In this document: positions 12,564-25,993 of the stretch, one piece after another
How the letters are laid out: each line of letters opens with the position of its first letter
How positions within the stretch are numbered: the stretch's first letter is position 1
Source of the DNA: Cyanophora paradoxa CCMP329
Lineage: Eukaryota; Plantae; Glaucophyta
Direction of reading: 5' to 3'
Length of the DNA: 64,000 nucleotides
NCBI GenBank assembly: GCA_004431415.1
Contig: QPMI01000399.1
Span: 150,306-214,305, forward strand
Notes under the pieces: generated by a model
Database searches by the model: none
Told to the model about the DNA's origin: nothing
What the model saw: only the letters and a program-made list of their open reading frames with translations
Program-made: the position numbers and the translations under genes

Positions 12564-13620
12564 ATGTCCACTTTCGACGACGCTATGGCGCGGTACTTTC
12601 CCGGATTTATGACGCTGAGCGATTTCATAGCGTTCACCACCACGGAGCTTGCGCGGCTCGGCATGAACAGCGGGGTGCCTGTCGGCTCTGCTGCCACGGC
12701 AAGCCGCTTTTGTGACCCCAGCTTCGTGCAGAACACAATGCCATGCATCGCGACCTGCAGGGAAGGTCACTCTCGGGCTGTCGCGGAAGTCATCATGCGG
12801 GAGTGGGGCACTGCAGGGCGCAGTGCCCAGATCGTGAGCATCTCGTGCGTTGCAGGTGTTCCGTACCTCGGGTTCGCTAGCCTGTGCCGCGACCCCGAAG
12901 GATGGTATGCTGAGATCGCCGTAGGAAGGCCGCGTTCCACGATATAGCCCGTACCGTCGACAAGGTGCGCGCAGACGTACACGGAGTATCTCTGCGCTCT
13001 AAGTATCACAGGCGTTCGCTTGCTACGGATTCGCCCAGCTATCGATCAACGAGTGGGGTGAGATCGGCAAACCTTCTTTCTCGGAAAGGAGAAGCAGTGA
13101 TGCGAGCCCTGTTCTTCGGACGCTTCGCATGCTCTTATACCGTCGCAGGAGCCTCCCTCTGCTTTGCAAGAATTCGTGCGCCAGTTCAAGACTGGACGAT
13201 TACGGCTAGATTTGGACCTGCGCAACGTGGAGGCCAGTCTTCTACGCCAGGATCTCCATCGCCGTTTGTGCCGGACAGTATCCCGTGTATGGAAGCTGCC
13301 GATATGTGTGCGTCTTGCGTTCTGACGCAGTGTAGGGAGCCGTGGACTTGCCGATCGTGACGAGGGCGGCCATGATTTCGTCACACGATCATTTGGAAGC
13401 CCTCGTTCAATCAACCGCAGCTGCTCGAAAGGGGATGTATGCGGTGCGCTGCAATGGATTCCATTCTGCCTGGATCTCACTTGTGCGACCCTCTTAGGTC
13501 CTCTCTGGAGTTCACATTTGTGGCCCTGAAGACCGCCACTACGTTTACCCAGGTCCCATGTACGTGCAGATAGCCGGGACAAGAACGAACATTACAGTCC
13601 GTGTTCTGTTTTTTGTGTTT
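12564..13620 (+). CDS. Divergent LCIB-family (beta-carbonic-anhydrase-like CCM) protein, multi-exon
   Basis: FDDAMARYFPG..LARLG..NTMPCIATCRE..EWG..VAGVPYLG and C-terminal GVHICGPEDRHYVYPGPMYVQIAGTRT are colinear with LCIB/LCIC motifs as I recall them. Confidence 0.6.
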
Positions 13621-14031
13621 TTACTACAGTCGCTACGGACCAAAGCTGTTATTAGAGTCCTGTGATGTCGGAATCCCCACGTGCAAGTCCACGTGTGCTA
13701 CGTGAAAGCCCTGCAGGTGCGCTGTGTCTCCGAGCCTTAGACAGGTGCGATCACGAACACCATATCAGACCTGGCCGCAGGAGACAGGGCACGTGTGGCT
13801 GACAGGCATCACAAGAGACCAAGCGATGACGGTATTTGATGCACTTCACTCCCTTTCTTCCTAAACCTTACCAGTTCGCGTGTATAGTTGCTGCTATCCG
13901 TCCCCACTCTCCCTCCAGGAAGACCAGTTGACTGGTCAGACAGTCGATCTCTTGTTCACTGAAATATGCCTCGGGGTCGCCTTTTCTCTCATGCACACAT
14001 TCGCTATTCTCTAAAGACAAAAAGCGCCATG

Positions 14032-14477
14032 CTATGAGGCCTCCTGTACGAATGGGTTGGCGATTTCTTCAGTTCCGTCCACAGGGCACACTAGCATGAC
14101 CGCCGTTCCACGGCACACTACAAGGCCCAGTTTCCTAGTCTCGTCAGTCACCTTGTACGGGTCCTCGGCATCTGTGGCCGATGATGAGTGCGGGCGCTGA
14201 ATCTCAAAACGCTCGACCGCACCACGTATCCTTTCCACACAGTCGTCGAGAACAATGTTAACAAGCGGATCGTAGCCTTTCAGGATGCCCGTAACTGTGC
14301 GTGTGCTCAGGAGCGCAGCTCAGAGAGGCAATGGAAGAGGAGCTTGCCTTGCCGGCCTCCGTTGAACTTGACCTCGACGGGCTTGTCCACGTACTTGTTC
14401 AGATCAAGTATGGACTCCTTCTTCGACTGCGCAGCGTCAGGCGGCTGAATTTTCCAAATACCAAGCGCACGCACCAT
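14032..14477 (-). CDS. LSM7: U6 snRNA-associated Sm-like protein LSm7
   Basis: KKESILDLNKYVDKPVEVKFNGGRQ / VTGILKGYDPLVNIVLDD / RKLGLVVCRGTAVMLVCPVDGTEEIANPF. Confidence 0.95.
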
Positions 14478-15028
14478 TACACCGTCTGTGTTGTGCAACG
14501 CGAGCTTGTCGGGGGGCGCTATCGCGCGAGAGCTTGTCGGCGGGCGCTATCCGTATAATCAGCACCGTGACTCGACGGGGCGCGAATTGAACGCACATTT
14601 AGCTTCGAGCTCCGACTATTGGGTGCTTCTGTGCCGGTCGTCGCTGGAGTTCCCTTTTCGGGGCCAGCCGCCGCAGTTCGAGGGGGGAATTCGTGCCCCC
14701 CGCGGCCGGTGTCGAATCTTCATGATCGATATCGATGACGTTCATGATATCAGAGTTGTTATGTTAACGTCCATGATCATTTAGTCAGATATCAGAGTCA
14801 TCGATATCAAAGTTTCGGCGAATTATTCGAATTCAAGCCAGATCTAGAGTTTCGGCGAATTATTGGAATTACTTGGCTAATTATATATATATATATATAT
14901 AAGCTGCTGTTAGCTTATAAAATTAATTAAGCTTTCGAACTTATATATAATTAAGCTTTCTTCTGCGCTTACGGCCGCAGCCAAACGCATCCGCAGAGTG
15001 CCGGCCGCCAGCCGCCGCGCGCATGCGC

Positions 15029-17056
15029 AAGAAGAAGAAGAGTATGTATAAGACACGCCCAAGCCGGTTGTGCGGTTTTGACGAGAGGCGAAGGACCCGA
15101 AGGCCCGAAGCACAATCGACAGTGAACCAACCAGACAAGGGTAGTGGCGGCGCAAACGCCTTACGGTCTGCCATGTATGCCCCGGCGGTCCGGCGCTCAT
15201 ACACGCAGACACGGAAAGCAACCACAGACATCCCAATGCGGGCCTCTTCCTAATGCCGGCCTGGGGGAGTCCTGGTCACGACCTCACGTGTGAAACCTTC
15301 AGCCATCAGTCATGTCATCAGCCTCTTCGTCAGAGATAAGCACCATTGGGGAACCTGGGTCCTCTGCGGTTCTGTCATACCCAGTCTTGCTGGCGTGGGC
15401 GTGTCTTTTACTTGCTCTCTTTTTTTTTTGGGTCATCAGCGAGATCCATAGGGGCAGCGGATGGGAAAGTTGGGGGAGGTGAAGGCCGCAAGCGTTTGAA
15501 AGAAACCTGAGGTGGGACACCAGGAATGTTATCACCATGATCCAGAGCACCAGGGTCTGGAGAAGACACTCGACGACGCTTAGACGGGACAATAGAAGGA
15601 GAAAGAGGATCAGTATCCATGGGCGTCATAGGCGCAGAAGACGGCAGAGGGGCAGAAGAGGGAGGAGCTGGGGAAGCAATGACAGCATGACTCGTGAAGT
15701 CGGGCTCAACATCAACAGCGTCGATTCGGATAGGAGAGATCGGCAGCAGATCAGGGGCAAGCTCAGTGTCATCCACATAGATGATAACTTGAGGAGAGGG
15801 CGGACGTGAACCTGTATCATCTATAGCAGCATCAAGACCAAACGCTGAAGCACCAACACGACGGCGTTGAAGAGGCGGCTCATCCTCCGAGTCAATATCA
15901 GGCGGCGGGTGAGGTGGCAGCGGGTGAGGGGGTGAGTGAGCTACAGGACCAGGGTCAGGGGCAGGGTCGGGTCCACCAGGGGGGTCGTCATCATCTGATG
16001 AGGTACTACTGGAGGAATCACCAGGATCATCAGGGCCAAGGTCGGAAAGGTCAGAGGAGTCTGAGCCGTTGTCAGGAGGGGACATATAGCCTTCAAGATC
16101 CTCCTTTTCAAGACGCTGCAGCAAGACAGGCCGCGCACTGGCATAAGGAAACTGAGCCACAAGGGGGCTAGGGGCTAGATCGGGGCTAGGGGCAGGCTGA
16201 GCAATATGTTCACAGTGCTCATAAGAGGCTAGGGAATGGTCATAAGTACGAGCAGCGTCTAAAAGATTAGCGTAGAATGAAGAATGAGAGGGGTCAGCAG
16301 TAGAGATGAAACGGAAATACCCACGGACATAGGTGACTTTAAATCGAGGTAAACGGCGAGGAAGCATGTCCATGAAATCGTCCAGTTCGCGGAACAAGGC
16401 AGTCATCAGTGTAGCGGTCTTCAAGCCCGTCTTGGAGGAAGGTGTAAGGGGCAGCTGTGTGTTAGGGTCCATTGCAAACGTAGCCGCAGCTTCAGTGCGA
16501 CCTGCTCGATAGGCCAGACAATACGAGCGGAAAATGACGTGCAATCCAAGAATCCGAACAACCTGCCACTCCCAGTTCTGCAAGAACATCCAGCTGTCAG
16601 CAAAACGGACCGAGCCAGTAAGCAACCAGGCAACAAAGCAAGCGGAAGGAATGGGCATCGGTTGGAGCTGCAGGGCATGGAAGATGAGCGACCAAAACTG
16701 CTGCACAAAACAGGGCAGAGAACGAAAACGTGCAGCGAAGAAGGAAGCAATTGCAAAAGAGGACCGGCCGCGCCACGGTGGTCCGGCCGGTTGCGAGCAA
16801 AGCCCCGTGCGGGGAACCTCATTGGGCCACGTCCCACAGGGCACGCAGCGCCAAATTAAAGGAGGGGCCGGCGCCGCGCGCCGAGAGGGCCCCAGGCCAG
16901 GGCCAGAAAAGGTAGACCACTCATTGCCTCGCGATCGTGGGCGTGGCTGGGGAGGATATCTCTTCACTCCCCTTGTACATGTGTCGGGGGGTACGCATTA
17001 GCTGCCCAGGTACTCATATTGCGCCCGCAGGGGGTACGTGATTTCGAGGGGGGTAC
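15029..17056 (-). mobile_element. Non-autonomous LINE derivative (C1): GTACCCCC-rich 5' leader, LINE ORF2 C-terminal remnant, 3' UTR with (CTT)n tail
   Basis: Homologous to C2 (49280-53050). Homology starts at LHVFVLCP, the end of zf-RVT. It ends GGGCGTGTCTTATACATACTCTTCTTCTTCTT. No RT or endonuclease sequence. No flanking TSD found. Confidence 0.75.
15362..15428 (+). mobile_element. 67-bp 5'-truncated 3' end of the single-ORF retroposon (B type)
   Basis: Matches the reverse complement of about 50108-50168. TSD TGGGTC (15356-15361 / 15429-15434). Removing it restores ..DDPGSPMVLISDEEADDMTDG*. Confidence 0.85.
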
Positions 17057-17543
17057 AGCTTCTTGAAGAAGAAGAAGAGTATGTATTCAAATTATTCGAA
17101 ATGAGAGGAATTCGAATTAAGGCTGGAAAACAATTATTGTCGCAAAGCAACCTAATTATAAGGAAACGCGTTTCCTAGGCCTGTGAAGTGATAAACTGCT
17201 GTACATGAAAATAGACAACGGTGCCATTATTTATAAATATACTATGATACCATTGTGCTTGATCCAGCCAGGCAGCCAAGTGGACATCGAATTCGAAGGC
17301 CTTCATGATGAAGGCTTGAAGAAGTAGCCGGCCTAGGCTTAGGCTGAGCACGCGCTCGGCCGAGGCTTCAAAGGTGCTGTAGGGGATGGTAGGAGGGTCG
17401 GCAAACGCGCCCGGCAAATTGGGCAGTCGGACGGTCGACGGGTACACGATGACTGAGCCGGCAACCCGGGTACAGCAAGACCCATTTCGCAGATACGGGT
17501 ACATCAGTGCCTGGGCTCGCAAGTCCGGGTACGCCATGCGCCC

Positions 17544-17581
17544 GAAGAAGAAGAAGAAGAGTATGTATAAGACACGCCCAA
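17544..17581 (-). mobile_element. 38-bp extreme 5'-truncated LINE tail insertion (a 22-bp one lies at 17065-17086)
   Basis: (GAA)n-GAGTATGTATAAGACACGCCCAA flanked by TSD GCGCCC (17538-17543 / 17582-17587). Confidence 0.85.
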
Positions 17582-18239
17582 GCGCCCAAGCCGATGAGCA
17601 GCAGCCTGGCAGGCGCGCAGCTCGTACGAGATGCTTCCGCGTTCGGGTCGGCCTTCGCTAGAAGAAAGCAGATTACTCTTACGCTCTGGTAGAGTAATCT
17701 TCCCATTTCAACTTCTAGCGAATCATTGAATTATAATTACTAGCTATGCATATATATATATATATATATAAGAGCTCATGCACCTGTGCACGTGTACATG
17801 TATACGTAAACGTATATATACGTACATGTGTCATCATAATGATGATCTTGCAATTGGCATGTGCTACGCGTACGGTGCCTAGGCCTGGCTGTACGTACAT
17901 GTGGGCCTCATGATCATGCAGTACGTGCAGAGTTGCCGCACAGTGCATTGCAATGCAAGTTCAATTGATGCATTTGATCAGCGCTGATGCTAAGCGCCAT
18001 TGTCACGGTGGCCATAGCTAGCGCTGGATCAATATCGATCGTTCTAGATCTTGAGTTCTGAGGCTCATACGCGTGTCCTTCATGAGTTACGGTCTCTTCC
18101 GCTTGAATCCATTTTCGTAATAACCTCTTAGCTGATCAAATATTAAAATAATCAATAACCTCTTAGCTGATCAAATATTAAAATAACCCTCCTTCAGCGG
18201 TCTCATCTATAGCTTGTATTGTCTTCAGCTTGAATTCTG

Positions 18240-19204
18240 CTATTTCGGTCGATCGCCTGACAACATTCTGGCAAACCGACTAGGAAATAGGGATAACCTG
18301 TCCACTAACGCTTCAAAGCTGTCGACTGCTGGTCGGACGTCGATCCAAATTCGCCTGGTCTGCAAAAACCCCTGCGAAGCGGACGTCAAACAGCAGAGGG
18401 TCGAGGTGAAGCAGCAGGGGGACCTTGTCGTTGAAAGATATGGCCTTATCGTCGGGCAGCGGAGAGTTCTCGTCGTAGTAATAGTCAATAATATATCGCA
18501 CTTCTTTTCCGCACCTATCCACAATCCAGTCATGCCGATCAAACGGCTCGGGACCTCTGCAACTTGAATGAAAAGCCGCAGCGTGCAACTCGATGCAGAC
18601 CGTACCCAAGCCACTTGCGAATGAGAGCTTTTGGGCTAAGCTGGTCCGGCCGCCCCTTGAACTTCAGCAGGGTCGAATTCTCACAGTCGCTGCGCTGAAC
18701 CGTCATTTCCGAGCGGAGACTGTGCGCAAGCAAGAGATCCGTGCACCAGCATTGCTGGTGACGCCTTTCCCAATACCCGATCTCCTGCCACGTGCGCTCA
18801 TTCATCCCGTTGTGAATCTTGATGACCATGGCGACGTCTTCCTCTTTGACGCCCTCGGCTTTGCCCTTTCGGTTGAGCGAGTTCCAGAACTGCTGTTCGG
18901 AAGGATACAACCACGTCGAGTCAGTGCCGCCTTTGGGGATCGTCGACTGCACGCGCGTGGTTGGCAGCGGGATGCGCTGCCCTGGAGTCGGCTGCAGATT
19001 GGGGGGCGGCATCTGGTTGCGGGGATCGATCTCCTGCGCGTACACGTTGAACTGCTTCGGGTTCTTCCATCGCTGCGGGGCCGGGCACGCGTCCTCGCGC
19101 GGCGCGCCGAATCCGACGGGGCAGCCGCCGTCCAGCGCAGCGCCGTTGCTCGAGCCGGGGGCGCTCGCAGCACCCGCGGGCGGCTGAGACTGGCGCGCTC
19201 CCAT
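18240..19204 (-). CDS. HCCS: Holocytochrome c synthase (cytochrome c heme lyase), multi-exon
   Basis: N-terminal CP motifs, [75 protein letters not shown]. Confidence 0.95.
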
Positions 19205-19404
19205 CCGCGGCTTTTTTTTTGAGAAGAGCCGGTATCCGGGCGGCTGGCATCGCCGCATCGGCCGCGGTAACTGGCCGAAGATGCAGGGCCAGGGCCCGCC
19301 GTACGAAGAGTACCGCCAGTACAGGCCGTCCACAGCACGAGGTGCGCCTCTGCAGCCGCGCGTTTGAATGTTTTCCTGCCGCGTCGCTCAGCCGCGCCCG
19401 TCGG

Positions 19405-21259
19405 ATGGCATCAGGCTCCAGCTACGCGGAGGGAATCGAGGAGAGGCCAGGCACCGCGAGGTGCGCCGCCGCGCCCGCCGACAGGCGTCTCGCAGACCTT
19501 GTGCTGCAGGCCGCAAACCGCAAGCTCTGGCAAATTGAAACGCTTCCTTCTGCGATACTATCCGCCGGGGATCATCCTGGAGTACGAGCAGAATGGGGAG
19601 ATGAAGAGCAAGTCCATCGACCTGCTTAGCCTCACCGTCGAGTACGCCGGCCCCTCGGCCCCGCCTTGGCTTTTGTTTCGAGATTAGAGCCCACCTTGCA
19701 GCACGGACGTTGAGGCGCTCCTTACACAAATGGTCCGCAATGAGCCTTTGCTCTCCGAATCGCGCAAACCCCAAGTTCGGAAGCTCGTATACAGTGCGGC
19801 TTTCTTTCTTCCCAAAGCCGTCGTCTTGTGCGACCGGCGCGCGGCAGAGCTCATTGAGAAGCTCGACACAAATGACGACCAGAACTTCTACTTGTTCAAG
19901 ATCCTGCGCGCCCACATCCTGCCCCTGACCAACTGCGCTTTCAACAAGAGCGGAGACAAGTACGCGAAGTGGTGGCTCGAAGCCGCGCCGGTGCTCTGAG
20001 GGCCAGACCGACACAGGTTTATCACCGGGAGCTACGACCGGACGTGCAAGGTGTGGAACACCTTCACTGGGGAAGAGCTCTTGACGCTCGAGGGCCACAA
20101 GAACGTCGTGTACGCGATCGCCTTCAACAATCCCTTCGGGTGCGCTGTGCTCGCCCCGTCAGCGAGTCGCGCCGACGCATCCTCAGCGACAAAATCATTA
20201 CGGGCTCCTTCGACAAAACCTGTAAGGTGGGCATGGACGTGATTCCGGGGATGCGTGCGTTCCGCAAGTCTTACGCGGGCGGCGTCAGGTTTGGAACTCG
20301 GAGACGGGCGAGCTGTACCACACTCTGCGGGGGCACCTGACGGAGATCGTCTGCCTCTCATTCAACCCGCAAGGGACGATCATCGCAACGGGCTCCATGG
20401 ACAACACCGCCAAGCTCTGGGACGTCGAGACCGGCCGTGAGCTCTGCACGCTCCTGGTCCGCCGCCCCGCGCCGCGCCGCGCCGCGCGGCACCGTCCGAC
20501 AGCACGCGGGCCGCTGGCAGGGCCACTCGGCGGAGATCGTGAGCCTGTGCTTCAGCACGGCCGGCGACCGCATCATCACGGGCTCCTTCGACCATACCAC
20601 CAAGGTCTGGGACGTCAAGACCGGCCGGTGCGGCCCCAGCCGCCCGCCCACCCGCCCCGCCGCGGGCCCCGCTGACCGCCGGCGGCAGGTGCATACACAC
20701 GCTGGCGGGCCACCGAGGCGAGATTTCCAGCACGCAGTTCGACTGGACGGGGGACCTCTGCATCACGGGCTCGATTGACCGCACCTGCAAGATATGGAAC
20801 GTCAACACGGGGCAGTGCATTCAGACGCTGCGGTGCGCGCCGCCGGCCTCGAAGGGCGTCGCGCGGGGGCGCTGAGGGCGGGGGCGGGGCAGGGGCCACA
20901 ACGACGAGATCCTGGACGTGGCGTTCAACGCGACGGGGAGCAAGCTGGTGACGGCCTCGGCGGACGGGACGGCGCGCGTATACAACACGATGACGGGCGC
21001 CTGCCTCTCGATCCTCGTCGGCCACGAGGGGGAGATCTCCAAGGTGGCCTTCAACCCGCAAGGCACCAAGGTCATCACCGCGAGCAGCGACCGCACGTGC
21101 CGCATCTGGTCCGTCGAGAGCCGCGGCGCGGAGCCGGGCGAGTGCCTGCAGGTGCTCGAGGGCCACACGGACGAGATCTTCTCGTGCGCCTTCAACTACG
21201 AGGGGGACACCATCATCACCGGCTCCAAGGACAACACCTGCCGCATCTGGAAGTGCTAG
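19405..21259 (+). CDS. DAW1: Dynein assembly factor with WD repeats (ODA16/WDR69), multi-exon
   Basis: [50 protein letters not shown]-terminal [21 protein letters not shown]. Confidence 0.95.
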
Positions 21260-21448
21260 ACCCCCCGCCCCCGACCGCCTGCCCGACCCCCCTCGGCCCC
21301 CGCCCTCCTCCCATCATCCCCGCCCTGGCTGTGCCACGCTTTCTGCAAACGCACGCGAGCTTCTTGCATCGCACATGAGCACGGTCTCGCCGCGCGCACT
21401 GCAGCCGCCCGCTAGCTGCCACGCAGCGTGCTAACAGCAGCCGGCCGG

Positions 21449-24400
21449 CTAGTCCGAGTCGTCGGCGCCGCCGTCGGCCGCCATGGCGCGGCGGCGGCTG
21501 CTGATCCGCTCCATCATCACCCGGTGGATGTCCTCCGCCGCGCTCCCCGGCCCCGGGCCCCGCGCCGCTGGCCCCACTCCCCGCGCCGCCGGCCCCGGCC
21601 CAGCCGCCGCCGGGCGGGCGGGGCGGTGGAGGGGCGGCGGCACGGCAGGAGCGGGCAGCGGGGAGCCCCGCGGCTGCGGGGCGAGGCCTGCCCCCCGGAC
21701 GCCTCGAGGCCGGTCTTGCGGAGGCTTTCGCTCTGGAGAGGGGTCAGCGGGGCGGGGAGGGGTGAGGCGGGGCGGGGCGGGGACGCACAGAGAAGGTGCG
21801 TATCTCGTCGTTGAGGAGGGAGCGGGCGTGGGGCGCGCCCTGCCCCCGCGGGGCCCTCCTCGATCGTCGGCATCGCCGCGAGAGGTCGGCGCCCCGCGGG
21901 GCCCGCGGCGGAGCGAGCGGCTGCTGCTGCTGCTGCTGCGGGGCCGAGGGCGGGGGCGGGGCGGGGCGGGGCGGAGGAGCGCTCGAGGCGCTCCTGCGCC
22001 TCGCGGAGGTACCGCTGCACCGCGTCGCCCCCGAAGGCCAGCGAAGAGGGGAGGGCCGGCCCCGGCGGGGGCGGCGGGGGCGGCAGCCCGAGCGCAAGCG
22101 CGCCGAGGGGCGTCCCGAGGCCGAGGCCGGCCCCGTTGTGGAGGGCCGGGGCGTGCAAGGCGTGCCCCGGGGCGGGCGCGGGGGCGCCGCGCGGGGCGGC
22201 CTCCTCGTCGCTGGAGTCCGGGTCGGGGCGCCAGGGGCCGGCGTGCGGGGCAGGGCGGGCGGGGGCGAGGAGGCCGCGCTGGCGCTGGAGGGCGGCCTTG
22301 AGGGCGGCGAGCTGCCGCGCGTGCTCCCCGACCTCCTCGTCCTTGGCGAGCTTGAGGGCCGAGAGGGCGGCGTCCAGCGAGCGCGTGAGGTCCTCCTGCT
22401 GCTCCAGCCGGCCCCGCGCGTGCTCCAGCTCGCTCCGCGCGTGCTCCAGCTCCCGCTCCCGGGCCCGCAGCTCGGCCGCCACGCGCCGGTGCTCGTCCCA
22501 CGAGAGGCCCTTCGAGAGGCGCTGCACGGCCGCCACGAGCTCGTCGCGCTCCGCGAGGAAGGCGCGGTGCTCCTCCTCCCGCGCCGCCTCCCGCGCCCGC
22601 GCCTCCGCCTGCTCGCGCTTTTTGGCGAGGAGGAACTCGTCGCGCTCGCGGCGCCACTGCTCGAGCAGCGCCTCGCTGCGGCGCACGCGCGCCTCCGCCT
22701 CCTCCGCGTCCATGCGGCGCGCCTCGAGCTCGACGCCGAGCGCCCGCACCATGTCCTCCGCCTTCAGCACCCGCTCCGCCGCCCCGTCCGCCTCCGCCCC
22801 CTTCTTCTTCAGCAGCGCCTCGTAGTGCGCCTTGAGCCGCTCCCCGCGCCCCTGCTCCTCGCGGAGGGCCCCCTCGAGCTTCCGCCGCTCCTCCGCCTCC
22901 CGCCCCTTCGCCTCCGCCAGGTCCTGCAGCTGCGCGCTGCCCCCGCCCCCGTCGCGCCCCGCCAAGCGGCCCCCCCCCCCCCCCCCCCCCGCGCCCCGCC
23001 GCACCTCATCGCCTCGAACTCGCGCGCCCGCTCGCCGGCCGCCCGCGCCCGCGCCTCGAGGGCTCGCACGCGCTCCTCCAGCGCCGCCCGCTCCGCCTCC
23101 GCCGCCTGCCGCCCCCGCCGCGCCTCCGCCAGCTCCGCATCCCGCTGCCCCCGCCGCCGGTCAGGGGCCGCCCAGTGCGGCGGGGCGGGGCGGGCGGCGC
23201 ACGTCCTGGAGGGCAGAGGAGGCGCCCTGCAGCTCCCGCGCGGCCGCCTGCGCCGCCTCGAGCTCCGCCGCCTGCGGCGGGCGTCGGCCCGGCGGGCTGG
23301 GGGCGGCCCCTGTGGCGGGGCGCACGAGGCGGTCGCGGGCGGCGGCTGCGGCCTCGAGCTGCAGGGCGCGCTCCTGCTGGGCGGCGAGGGCGCGGCGCAG
23401 GCCCTCGGCCTCCTCGTCGGCCCGGCGCGCGGCCGCCTCCCGCTCGCGGGCGCGCGCGAGCAGCTCCGCCTCCGCCGCCTGCAGACGCGCCTCGAGGGCC
23501 GCGACGTGCGCCTCCCGCGCCGGCGCCCCGCGCTCGCCGGCGCCGGCCGCCTCCAGGGCCTCCAGCCGCGAGAGGAGGACGGCCTTCTCGGCGGCGCGCG
23601 CCTCGAGGGCGGCCGCGCTCAGGCCCGCCTCGTGCTCGAGCTGCCGCCCCCGCGCCTGCAGCTGCGCCAGCGCCGCGTCCTGCCCGCCCCCGTCAGGCCC
23701 GCCCAGCCGCGCCCATCCCCCAGCGCTGCGGGCCGCCGGGACGCGCCTTCTGGGCCATCTCGACGGCGACGGCCTCCCGCTCGCGGCGGGCGGCGTCGAG
23801 CACGCGCCGCTGGAGGGCCGCCAGCTGGCCCCGCAGCTCCCCCACCTCCGTATCCCGCCCCGCCCGCGCCTCCCGCAGCTGCCGCGCTCCGCGTCGGGCC
23901 CTGCCCCCGGCCCGCCGGACGGCGCGCGGGCCGGCGAACCTCGGCAGCGAGCGCATCGGCGTGGCGCCTGAGGTCCGTGGCGGGTCCCGCGGCGGCCTCG
24001 AGCGACGCCCGCGCCGCCCGCTCGGCCAGCAGCTCCCGCCGCAGCGCCTCGCACTCCCGCCTCGCCTCCTCCACGGCCGCCTCCTTGATCACCTGCAGGT
24101 CCCGACAGCGCGCCGAGAGCTGCTCGCACTCCCGCCGCAGCCGATCCTGCTCCTCTGCCCGCCGCCCGTCGGCCGCCGCCGCCTGCATCGCCGCCACCTG
24201 CGCCCGCGCCGCATCCACCGCGGCCGCCGCGTCGGCCCCGGCCGGCCACCGCGCCTGCACCGAGGGGGACGCCGGCCGCGCCGCAGAAGCTGACGGGGGG
24301 CGTGCCACGGCGGGCCCCGAGCGCAGCGGCGTGGAGGCTCGCGCTGCCGAGGCGTCAGCGGTACGCCGGTCCGTGTGCCGTGCGTCTATACGAGCGTACC

Positions 24401-25993
24401 GGCCGCGGACACAGAGGCCGCCCCGAACGAGGGCGCCGATGCCGTTTCGCCCGTTGTGTGCAGCTCCGCGAGGGCAGCGGGGGGCGCGCTACTTGGGTCC
24501 GCCGGCGCGGACCGGATAACTAGGACGGGGCCTGAGGAGGCCGCGACCGCGTGCTGGGCGGGCTGCGCTGCTGAAGAGGGCCGGGCGAGCCTCGAGACCA
24601 TGTCTGCGCTCCCCCCTGCCGCCACGTCAGAGGCCACGGCGCGGGGGCGCGATTCGGGATGAAGCGCTGGGGCACGCCTCTGGACCCAGAGGAGAGAAGC
24701 GTGCGCCAGGGAGACTCGGCCCGCGCCGGGGCGGCACTGGCGCTTGCCCCGCTTCCCGAAGCAGCGACGTAAGGGGAGGGTGAGGCGGGCCGAGACGCCC
24801 GGCCGGCGGTAAATGCGCTGGCGACGCCCAAACCGGAGGCTGCCGCGCTCGGGAGCAGGCCGGTGCTACCGGCACGCATGGGCGAAGGCTGCCGCGCCGC
24901 CGCGGACGGGGCGGGCGAGGCGGGGCGGGAGTTGCGGAGCAGCGGGGACGCGGCGCGCACAGCGCCCGGGCCGGAATCCCTCCGGGCGGGGGACAGGTAG
25001 CGTGCAGTGATGCCTGCTGCCATCTCGGGTGCCGCCGGGCTCGCCGGGCCGCCCTCGGTGCGTGCCCGAATCAGGAGGAGCGATAGCTCCGTGTGGCCCT
25101 TTTGCGACGCCAAGTCCAGCGGGGTCCTGCGCAGGGGACGCCTGAGGGCTCGTCCCGGAGCACAAGCATCCCTTTGGCCGCACCTGCCGAAGTTGTTCTT
25201 GGACTCTGAGCTGCCCCCTCCGCGTCTGAGCGCATCCAAAATCACAGACGCGCAGGCCACGTCGCCGAGCCGAGCGGCCGCGTGCAGCGGCGTGTCCTTA
25301 AAATTGTCCTCAGCGTCCACCGCCGCTCCGCTCTCGATAAGCAGGCTGACAATCTCCTTGTTCCTGGGCAACGGCACCTCGCATGAGCGAGTCCGAAAAA
25401 AGGGAAGGAAAACAAAGAAGTCGAACCCTGCCATCACGGCCGCGTGCAGCGGTGTCTGCCCGCTATTGTTCTTGCTCCGGATGTCCGCGCCGCGCGAGAT
25501 AAGCAGCTGCGTGCTCTCGATCGCATTCGCCGATACAGCAGCATGCAGCGGCGACTTTCCGTTTTTCGACTGGACGTTGACATCTGTGAGCGGAGATGGA
25601 GACGGTGAGCGGAGCCTGGTGGATGGCGGGGTCGGCGAAGCGCTGGGCACCAGCGCCCTTGTCGAGCAGGAGCGCCGCGCACGTGGCCTTGTCGGACATC
25701 ACGGCGAGGTGCAGCGGCGTGTAACCGTTGTTGTCTTTGCAGTCTACGGGCGAGCCGTGGTCCAGCAGCATCTGCACCACCTCGGCGACCCCTGACATCG
25801 CCGCGAAGTGAAGGGGGCAGCGGCCGTGCACCTGGGGCAGCGGAAATCAGATCTATGGACCTCGGCGCGGAATCGAGGCTCGGCGAAGCCGGTGGCGCAC
25901 GGGCTCCTGCTTCAGCGCCTCGGCTGGGCTCTGGTCCACGAGCACGGCGACCTGGACCACGTCGCCGGCCATGGCGTCTTCGTGGAGCCCCAT
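21449..25993 (-). CDS. Ankyrin-repeat protein with a long coiled-coil C-terminal region (one gene or two adjacent genes)
   Basis: Repeated G.TPLH.A motifs at 25100-25830 and Ala/Glu/Arg heptad-rich exons at 22300-24250. Confidence 0.7.

Noticed and set aside
15075-15130. Hammerhead ribozyme (TTGACGA..CGAAG) suggesting a Penelope/retrozyme
   Set aside because: The core deviates from CUGANGA/GAAA, there is no NUH site, and it lies antisense to the tail-defined transcript.
18119-18187. ~33-bp tandem duplication and nearby (TA)n tracts
   Set aside because: Ordinary intergenic slippage products.
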